64,000 nt of DNA, taken from the NCBI GenBank assembly GCA_043228905.1, contig JBHGNT010000007.1, positions 7,006,001 through 7,070,000 of the forward strand. The letters run 5' to 3'. The stretch is from Azolla caroliniana (taxonomy: Eukaryota; Plantae; Polypodiophyta). Both the position numbers and the translations under genes were made by a program. Under the pieces are notes generated by a model. The model saw only the letters and a program-made list of their open reading frames with translations. It was not told the origin of the DNA and ran no database searches. The stretch's first letter is position 1; each line of letters opens with the position of its first letter. Of this stretch, positions 34,290 through 44,600 are shown piece by piece.

Positions 34290-36291
34290 GGATTCGTGGT
34301 CCGTAGTTACCACAAAACAATTTCCATAAAAATAATGGCGCCATGACTTAAGCACATGAATAGTTACAAATAATTCCTTTTCTTGAACGGTGTATTGACA
34401 TTGAGCATAATCAAGTTTCTTACTCTCAAATGATATTGGTTTACCATCTTGATATAGGATGACACCTAAAGCATAATCACTTGCGTTGCTTTTAACTGCA
34501 AAGGCTTTGAAGGATCTCGTAAAAGGAGTGAAAGAGCCTTGCACACCAGGTTCTTGAGTTCCTTAAAGGCGAGGTCTAGTGTAGCATTCCATACAATTGG
34601 TTTTGTAGACTTACCCATTTGACCTTTTAGAAGATAAATAAACCACGTCGTCAATTGAGAGTAATTGCAAAGAGATTTTCGCAAAAACCCGACAAAACCA
34701 AGGAATGATCGAACTTCTCGAATATTTCTTAGAGTGGGCCAAAGTTGGACTTTCTTGATGCGAAACGAGTGAATTTCAACCACTCATTCAGTTATGAGAT
34801 ATCCAAGATAAGTAATTGATTTCTTGAAGAACTCGCATTTTGAGATCTTCACATAGAATTGCTTGCCATGCAATGTTTGTAAAACAAGGGGACATGTTTA
34901 ACATGTTCTTCTAATGTACAACTATAGACTAGAATATCATCCAAGAAAATAACGATAAATTTTCCAAGTTGTTCTCGGAAAATGTTATTCATTTCTTGTT
35001 GAAATGTGGCCAGAGCATTGGTCAAACCGAAAGGCATGACCAAAACCTCATAATGGCCATAGTGTGTACGAAATGCCATTTTAGGAACATCTTCCTCACT
35101 TATACAAATTTGATGGTAGCATGTACGAATATCAAGTTTCATAAAATATCGAGCTCCTTGGAGAGGATCAATTAGATCATCAACCCGGGGCAATGGATAT
35201 AAATTCTTGATCGTCACTTTATTCAAGCATCGGTAATTAATACACATACGCCATGTGCCCTCTGTCTTTTTTACCAAGAGAACAGGTGCACCCCATGGAG
35301 ATTTACTATAACGTATATAACCCATTCGTAAATAGTCCTTGAGTTGCTTAAATACCTCATCCTCTTCGAATCGACTTAAGCGATACAGAGGTATACTTAT
35401 TGGTGTAACACCAGGTACAAGATCTATATGATGGTCTATATTACGTTTAGGAGGTAACCCATGTGGTAATTCACTCGAAAATACATCACGAAAATCATTT
35501 AAGATTTCATTGAGTTGTTGTTGTTCAAAATATGATAAATGACCTGAGACACTATCGATATTATAAACATGAATGTTTGGATAAAGTACACAATAAAATA
35601 AAGAAAAACAAGATAACTCAAATATTGATGGAGAGGAAACAATTGAAAGAGATTGTTTTTTAACACATTTAATCAATTGAGTACAAAAGTAATTGAATGG
35701 TGAACCCAATCAATAGATAAAGACGAGCTTTTATTAAAAAACCAGCGATAACCCAGTATTACATAAGTGGTACAAAGATTCATTACATGGAAATCTATTT
35801 CACCTACATAAGTATCAATAGAAATTCCTAATGAATGAATCGCCCCGTTGATGTATTGTACTGTTCCATCAGCCAAGTGCACCTTATAGGTGTGATCACT
35901 TATGGTGGGCTAGATTCCCCATATATGAACCAAATTATTATTCACAAAGTTATGTGAGCTTCCCGAATCAAATAAGAATTGTATGGGAGATACATTGATA
36001 TACATGTTTGCATGTAGTAAATCATTGGGTTCCAATACATAGTGAGGAAAGAACATTTACAACTACTTAAATGATGTGTATAGACCTCAAGGACATCAAG
36101 AATATGACCTTTGTGGTCTGCAACTATTATTTGTTGTCGTGCTCTTTTCATTGGAGCTTCTGACATTGCTCTTTTGTATGACCCTTCTTTTTGCAGAACA
36201 CGCAAAAAGGATTTTGTCGCTTATAATCACGATCCATGAATTCATTGGGTGTCTTGCGTTTCTCAGCGAATTGCGACTATTTAGTCACGGG

Positions 36292-36448
36292 CATAGTTCT
36301 AGCCATATGTCCCATTTGTGCAAGATACTCAAACGCCAATATTCGTATCATACTCATACGTGAAAAGGCTTCGAGTATGATTGAAATCCATACGCGGTAC
36401 ATAGATATATACATATGGTGTATATATATATATATAGTGCGTGCGTGC

Positions 36449-36490
<42 letters not shown>

Positions 36491-36872
36491 CCAAAAGAGA
36501 GAGAGAAAGAGAGAGCGTGTGTGGTCTAGAGAGAGAAGCCCTGTTTTGCATGTGTGAGGAGACAATGGTTTGAGTGTATGTCTAGACTCTAGAAAGAGAG
36601 AGAGAGGAGCTATGGGGTTTGTCTATGTGAGGGAGTGTGAATATTAGATATCTAGATTTTGTAGAGAGAGAAGATATGTCAGTTCTCATGTGAGAGAGAG
36701 GGTGTGTGTGTGTCAAACGTCACTTCTATTTGCAAAGAATTATGAATATCAGAAATAAAAAACCCCAAAAAAATTAAAAAAAGCCAAACGAATATCACGT
36801 ATCATACACGTACGTTTGCAAATGTTCGTGTACGTCCAGTAAATTGGACGTACACGAATATTAGGAACTATG
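36292..36872. mobile_element. hAT-superfamily MITE (581 bp) inserted in chromovirus gag
   Basis: Perfect 8-bp TSD GTCACGGG (36284-36291 and 36873-36880). TIR CATAGTTC/GAACTATG. Removing it rejoins gag: KPKAPVTK*SQFAEKRK...CVFCKKKGHTKEQC. Confidence 0.88.
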
Positions 36873-38803
36873 GTCACGGGTGCTTTAGGTTTGTTACGGT
36901 TCTTCTTCAAAGTGCATTGATAACGAAGAAATATTTCAATGGCCTCTTCGAAGGATTTTGGATCCTTATTGTGCACTATCTAGTGATAGTCCGAATTGGG
37001 GATGCCATTTACAAAACAAGTTATCAACCAATTGTCCCCTTCTAGACCCGATTTTTGAATTTGGGTTCTAGCATGGTGAATATAATCTTCTAGCGAGGAA
37101 AACATCCACCTAGAGAGATTCATTAAAGCTTGTGTTGCCTCAATTCGAGATAGAGGTTGCAAAATTTGACCCTTGAAAACTGTGACAAAGTTTGTCTACG
37201 TATCGGGTAAATTCCCCGTAGTGTGGAGCCCACGCCACCAGGCAAGCGGCCTTACCCCCTAGTTCTCGACTGACATATGCAATCTTCGTACTATCTGGCT
37301 TGGGATAGAGCTCAAAATGAGACTCCCATCGGCCCAACCATGTGCAGCTTGCTTCTTCAGTTCTTTCATTTTTTTCTCTCGTAAATGGCTTTATGACAAA
37401 TGATGGTTCACCTTGACACTCATCGGGTCTATTGGTATCACGTTGTACACTAGAACACGTTCCTCAAGAGCACTATGAGATTGTCGAAGTTTGAAAATCT
37501 CGTGCAAGGTAGAATTAAGGAAATTTTGCATTTGTAAAAAATATGACTCAATGGGGATTGGCTTAAGAGGATTCCCTTGAATTCCTTTCGCTTGGGCGGA
37601 TGCCATTAGGTCGTTATTATGAGCTATTGAATGATAATTTCTAGCAAAGAAATAGGATAAGGTCAGACAAATAATCATAACATCATGTCATGATGTAAAC
37701 ATATCATGGGCAAACATTAATCAATATCATGATCTCATGTCAATACCCCTCTAGATGTATGAGATGAGGTTCAAGATCAGGTTACTATGGTAACACAAAG
37801 GTGTTTTAAAAACCATGGGGGTCACAAATGAATGTCTTTCCATTATCTCTATATCGATTTTTTCATGGCGGCTCCACGAGGCTCAACCATGTATGCTCGC
37901 ATCATGAATAGTTTATACCCGAAAAAATGTTAACTATAAACTATGTCTTTGTGCCCATCCATGTGGTTTTGGCTCTTTAAGTCCAATTACGAGGATCCTG
38001 AAGTGCACTTACACCTAAAGTCTAAACATGTTTTATAGTCATATCTATCAATAATGTTATATGGTCTTGGTCATATTTGAACTTGAGACCTCGAAAACAA
38101 AAACATTAAACACTTGTCAAGCTAACCAAATGGTTTGCTCCTTTTGAATATTTAATATTTATGCGTATGAGAGATATGCGAAGGCATTTGCCCATATATG
38201 TTTTTTAAAAGAAAACATACCAACTATGTTGGTATGTTACCCAACATCAAGTTTCATCATTACAATGGCATACCATAAGGAGCAACCTAATGGTCAAGCC
38301 AACAATAGCCAACATTTCGTAGTAGGCCCACGTGGCCCATCACATGGTTACGTCATTACAGGTGCCTTTCTTAATGATGATCTCATGGTGGCATCATAAC
38401 CATGTAACGAGTGAGGGATGTTGGATGCGTATGTCATAAGGGCGACCTCACATGAAACTCTAACATCATTGTGGCCATGCTTGTTTCGTTGTTATGCATC
38501 ACGAAATTGAGGTGACCAACAGGGATAACAAAAAAAAAAGTTGTAAAAGGATAGTGACTATGCCATTCTCACAAAAATGTGAGAACGGCCATGAAGATCC
38601 TTCCCCGAAAGACAACCATCGATCAATTAACATAACGTAACAAATTTCTAATATACACACATATATGTTCATGACATGTATACAATTAAATACGTATACA
38701 TGTAATCACATATGTATATATAAAAGAATCATTAACCAAACATAAACCAATCAATGATGCAAACGAGATACATAATTGAGGCATATAGTCGCTACACACA
38801 CGC

Positions 38804-39700
38804 TGTCGTGAAGATTCCGGGCCATGGTGAGAAACCGGGGTATATCGGAAGAATCAGCGTGGTGGAACATGTGCACGCACCCTTGTACAAATGGTGTAGG
38901 TGATAGGGGTGCCTTTATGGCACCAAGCAGGAGTTAGGTCGGGGTAGAGAATCCCATGTAAATCGAGATTTATCCCACATTGTAATGCATCCCTCTCCTT
39001 GTTCTATAAAAGGAAGGGTCCCTTGTAGAGGGGTTGCCCATTTTGAGTTAGGAGGGTATACCATTAGATTTAGGGCTAGGCAGTTTTCTCTTATTCTTAT
39101 CGTTTTAGGGTTTCATTTTGGTAGCTTTCTTCTTCTTCTTCATTTTCTTATTTTTTGTTAGGGTTTCTTGGAGGTCTTCTCCTTCGTCGTCGTGTGGGTT
39201 GAGTCTTCATGTTGTTTAGGGTTTAGTCCGGTTAGGAGCTCGTATTCCTAAAGGGGTTTAGGCTTCTGCCCTGTCTCCTGTGCAAGACCCCACTCGGCGC
39301 GACAAGCCCGAGAGCTCCCCGACCAGCGGCTTGGCAACAGGCTGCTGTTGTAACCTAACGTACCTTGGTCCGGCTCGAAGCCGGGGTTGTATCTTACTCT
39401 TGTAATTATATATATAAGGTTGTGCATACTCATGTCTCTGTTGGTGTTGGGTGCGTTTCTTCCCTTTTGTTTCTTGTACATAAGAGGCATGTGTGGAGTC
39501 GGTGTTGTGTGCGTGCTCTCTCTCTCTCTCCCTCTCTCGTGTTCAATAGCCTCCGGTATGTGACCAGAATCATTCTGGTTTGTGCCACAACCAGTGCAAC
39601 CAGTACCGGAGAGGGTCGGTCTCCCGACATCCGTCTCTTCCTCGTCCGAGACCCCCGTGGTCCCGCCCCTTTCGACACACACTCACAGATCGTCGCGACA
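38804..39700 (+). mobile_element. Solo LTR related to the gag-only Trp-primed element, inserted in the chromovirus 5'UTR
   Basis: TGTCGTGAAG...CGCGACA termini. Body matches the reverse complement of 49920-50711 (gggttgcccattttg, caagacccc.ctcggcgc, gagctccccgacc.gcggcttggca, taccttggtccggctcga). 4-bp TSD ACGC/ATGC. Confidence 0.88.
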
Positions 39701-41605
39701 ATGCAACATCCAAAAAGACAAGAGTGAATTTAATACGCAATCAAGGTATTCACCTCTTGTGCATACGACACAAATCACATATTAAATACATAGAAATTGA
39801 GGTATTGACCTCATACGCACACATAACATATGTATGTGAATGTAATACGCAATTGAGGTATTGCCCTCATACGCATACGACACAAATCACATATCAATTA
39901 TATGTCAATTGAGGTACACATATGATTGATAGAAAAAAGATTAAGAAAGGAATACTGAAGTCCGTTTGTTGATGCCTTTATGGATCAATCTCAACTACAC
40001 ATCGATCGATCGCCATCCAACAAAAAAAACATTAGAAAATACACTCTAATACCAATTGTTAAAGCTATATCCTAATGTAAGCATATGATAAGGATATAAG
40101 AGATAGATAGAAAAGAAAGGAGAGAGAAAGAATGGTGTCGATCCACCCGACCAGCCCCCAAGCGAAGGGATCGAGACGGACTCGAGCCTCGATTGGTGTC
40201 CCATACCACCGTCGTGGTGTCGAGTTGTACCTGGTACTGGCGCACTCGCTACAAGAGTTTGATCACCATGAGTTTAGAGTCTCGACGTAGTCAAAAGATG
40301 TCAAATAAGGGTAGCTAGGCCTCATATTTATAACCAGACCTAAGGCCCCATGCAAGTTCACACTTGACCTTAATGGGTTGTCTCAATCCCAAGTATTAAA
40401 AGTAATCATTCCCTTCTTTACACTCTTGTTTAACCCTCACATTTTATCCACATGTATGGAATACTACGGTACAATCTTACCATGGGATATTATATGGTCA
40501 TGCCCATAACATATGTGTACAATTTTCCCCATTCCGCAAAGAATATGGTTTCGTAATTAATTGCAACTTATGTAGTATAATGTGTGAAGCGTGAAACTCC
40601 ACATTTTTCCCACGTCATGAAGCATTGGCATTGCAAAAAGGCATCATTTATAGAGGAATCTAATGATGCATCATGAAGCAAGTGTGTTGCATCTCATCTA
40701 CCAAACCATTTTTCCATATCTTACATCCAATGGAACACAAAATTTTGCTTTTATGCATCTTTTCGATCTTTTTGCTTGTTTCCCATGCAATTCTAGGAAG
40801 TCAATGCGAGGGACTTTTTTGAACCTTAAGCATTTATCCAAATCTTTCCGTGGCCATGATCCCCATTATTTAGAGAGAGAGAGTCCATTATTTAGAGATC
40901 GTGTTATCTAGATATTATTGTTTGCTTTAATTGATAATATAGCTAAAACCATGCCATTGAGGTTAAGTTTTAATATGGACAAGCTCGTACTATCTAAAGC
41001 ACTAGGAAATTTTGGTTGATACTAAATGTCTAACCAAATATGAGAACAAAGGTAATGTGTGTAGCCTCTTAAGCAACCCTACTAGTGTCAATATCTCAGC
41101 CTATTTGAGATAAACTTTGATATAGGGTGTAATCTTGTGTAAATAATTTGTTTACCAGAAGACTTAGGGCTGGTCTAATCAAAGGGATTCAAAAATTGTC
41201 TTTGCTACAACAATTATGGACAAAGAAATACTTTGAATGTTTGGCTAGCTCACTAAAGTACACCTTATGTAAGAAATATTCTGAGTTACACAGGATTTGG
41301 GTTTCATAAAGTTGTCCTTGTAGTGGAAGGCACTTAGGACGGTTAACTTTGCTAAAAATTGGAGTTGCATAGCAATGGTTGCCCAAAGATTCTACCTCTT
41401 AAAATATACGTGTGTAGGAACTCAATCTTAGATAGAGATAATATACTATTTTGTAACAAAACCTTGATATGTACCCCGGAAAAACGAGGATTACAACTTC
41501 ATGCGTGCATGTTGTCAATAGTGGCACGACCTCTTAGATGTTTGTGATCAATTATGATTCAATATACATTCGACATGTTTGAGATTGTTCGGGTGACCAC
41601 AAGAG

Positions 41606-44600
41606 TGTTGAGAAGCAAGCTCAACATGGTATGTGATGCTTATGAGAAATAAGCTATAGTAGCTATTTAGCTACTAGTGAACAAAAAGGTAAAACAGCTA
41701 TTTAGCTAGTGACAGCTAATTAGCTAGTGAACAACTATTTAGCGACTGACAGCTAATTAGCTACTGGCAGCTAATTAGCTGCATGTGTAATAACTTATGA
41801 CTTAGGTAAAAGTAAGTGAGAGTGAATAGGAAGTAAGTAGTAAGGAAAAAACAGAGAATAGTGAGTAGAGAACTCTGAGAGAGAGTGAGAGACCAGAAGA
41901 CTGACGAGAGCAAGTTGAGCTCTACATGTAATAGAAGAAAACCATTTTGCTACTACAGAGGTAAGTCCCCTTTCCTTTCTCTGTCTGTTTAGAGCACGCT
42001 AACGATCCAGCACACTACGATCCGCCGCGCACATAAGAAGAGCCCGAGTGCCTTCTTCACGTTTTCTTAACATGGTATCAGAGCAGAGTAGCTCGTAAGG
42101 AAGAGTATAGCAGTGCCTTAATCTGAGAAAGTTATTTCTCTGGTTGCTGATCAGAAATCAGAAAGTTACTTGTTGAAGTAACTAAAGCAAAACCCTGGTT
42201 TTTTGGGAGGAAAAAAATGGCTGCAGAGAATGTAGGCCAAATGGTCACAGAGAAATTAGATAAAAACAATTTCCCGGCGTGGAAATTCAGAATGACAAAC
42301 TTTCTGATGGGGAAAGGATACTGGGATTACATTGAAGGAGACCTAGAAGAGGCTCCAGAGATCCCAGAAGAGAATGCAACAGCTGCACATATTAAGGCAT
42401 TTAAAGATTGGAATCAAGGGGCAAGGAAAGTAATGCATTGGCTATCACTCAGCATCTCAGATTCAATGCTTGGGCATATACAAGATGCTATGCTCCCAAA
42501 AGAAGCTTGGGACAACTTGGTAAAACTGTTTGCTGTGAACACAAAGGCTAGAAAGCTCCAGTTAAAGACTGAGCTAAATACCTTGGAGAAAGGTAAGATG
42601 TCAATAAATGAATATGCCCTAAAAATCAAGAGTATATGTGAATCACTTGCTTCTATCAATGTGAAGATAGAAGATGATGACAAAGTGGAAATATGCTTAA
42701 GAGGCTTAGGACCTCAATACAAGAGTTTTAAAACTTCTATGCTCACAAGGGATAGTATCCCAAGTTTTTCAGATCTGGTCTCAATGCTTGTGGTAGAGGA
42801 AAGGAATCAGATGGATGATGCAAATAAAGGAAACTCAGAGAACGAGGGGCAAGCCCTCTATAATAATGCCGGAAGAGGCCGAGGAAGAGGCCATGGAAGA
42901 TTTGGCTCAGGAAGAACCAATAATAATGGCTTTCAAGGAAGAGGACAACAAGCTCATAGAGGAGGAAACAACAACAGAGGCAGGGGGAGCAACCGAGGTA
43001 GAGGTAAGCAAACTTATGTAAATGATGATGGCTGCTGGTATTGTGGTAAACCAGGCCATACACAGGCTGAATGTTACAAGAAACAAAATGATGAGAAAAG
43101 AGGAAAAGGACAACAGAGTAACTATGCCTCTACTAGTGAAGATTGTGAAAAGGAAGGTGTTTTTGTAGTGCAACATGAGATAGCAGCAGTGGCTGAAAGC
43201 TCACAGAAATGTAATGAAGAGTTTACGTGGTATGTAGACTCGGGGGCATCTAACCATATGACTGGACATGCAAATTGGTTTGAGAGTTTAAGAGAACCAA
43301 AGGTTCCTGGTTATGTACAAACAGGTGATGACACAACTCACCAAATAAAACATGTTGGAGATATCCCATTGTGGGAAGAAAGAGGAAAAACCAAGTATAT
43401 GTTGAATGTGATGCATGTTCCAAACCTTGCTAAGAATCTGATTTCTGTTGGACAGATAGTAGAGCAAGGTATGCAAGTGAAGTTTAAGCAAAGTGGATGC
43501 TATATAGAAAAGAATGGGAAGCTCATTGCAAAAGGGAAGAGACAAGGAAGAATGTTTATCTTGGATGTAGAAATGCCCAAACATATTTCAGCCATGTTTG
43601 CAAATGGAACGAGTGTAATCTCAGATGTGGAAATGTGGCATAAAAGGATTGGCCATATAAGTATGCAAACATTAAAGAATATGTTGAGAAAAGATGCAGT
43701 GGCTGGACTGCCAAACTTGAAAAAGTGTGAAATGGGAAAAGTATGTGAAGCATGTCAATATGGTAAGCAAAACAGGTTGCCATTCCCTCATGAGAGACAT
43801 GTAAGCAAAAATCTGTTGGATTTGGTACATACAGATGTATGGGGACCAACAAAGAATGCATCTATTGGTGGATGCAGATTTTATGTTACATTTATTGATG
43901 ATTGTTCACGGAAGACATGGGTGTACTTCATGAAGGAGAAAAGTGAAGTATTTGACTGTTTTCGTAAGTTTAAATGCATGGTAGAAAAGCAGGCTGGTAC
44001 AAGGATAAAATGTTTGAGATCTGATGGAGGAGGAGAGTATTTCTCAAATGAATTTTCTGATTTTTTGTGTAATCAGGGAATAAGAAGACAGTTCACATGC
44101 CGATATACCCCACAACAAAATGGAGTTGCTGAGAGGAAAAACAGAACTTTGGTGAACATAGCAAGGGCAATGATGACTGAGAAGAACATGCCATTATACT
44201 ATTGGGCAGAAGCTGTAAATACAGCAAATTACATTTTAAATAGATGTATTACATCAGGAGTACATGAGGCAACTCCTGAAGAGTGTTTTTATGGCAGGAA
44301 GCCTAGCTTACAACACTTGAAAGTGTTTGGATGCCTTGCATATGTACATGTGCCTGCAGAAGTAAGAAGTAAGTTGGATCCAAAGGCAGAAAAATGTATC
44401 TTTGTGGGATATTCAGAAGAACAAAAAGGGTACAGATGTTATAACCCTGTGACTAAAAAGATTGTGACAAGTCGAGATGTGATATTTGATGAGTTGGCTA
44501 GTTGGTACAGCCCAAAACAGAATCCAGAGACTGATGAAGACAATGAGATTGAAGACAAAGACAAATCTGAAAACGTAGAAGACTGCCATAGAGATGGAAG

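Larger units (their letters stand above)
31783..40511 (-). mobile_element. Full-length decayed Ty3/gypsy chromovirus-type LTR retrotransposon
   Basis: LTRs 31783-32237 and 40057-40511 (455 bp each, TG..CA). TSD GATGT/TATGT. PBS tggtattagag (Met-i like) at ~40044-40054 on the minus strand; PPT at 32238-32253. Gag with [28 protein letters not shown]...FLDD, RH SDYALG...EKEL, INT WESISMDFI, chromodomain-like KIKWMNK..DATWE. Confidence 0.93.

Noticed and set aside
40512-41600. Possible older TE hosting the young copia insertion
   Set aside because: Only short ORFs and no diagnostic motif; cannot be classified without a search.
41655-41785. Short palindromic repeats with spacers, superficially CRISPR-like (also the 30362-31140 array)
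   Set aside because: Eukaryotic context, no unique 25-45-nt spacers and no cas genes.
41961-41992. GTAAGT...pyrimidine tract...AG mini-intron in the young copia LTR
   Set aside because: 32 nt is too short for a plant intron; use of the donor cannot be shown without transcripts.
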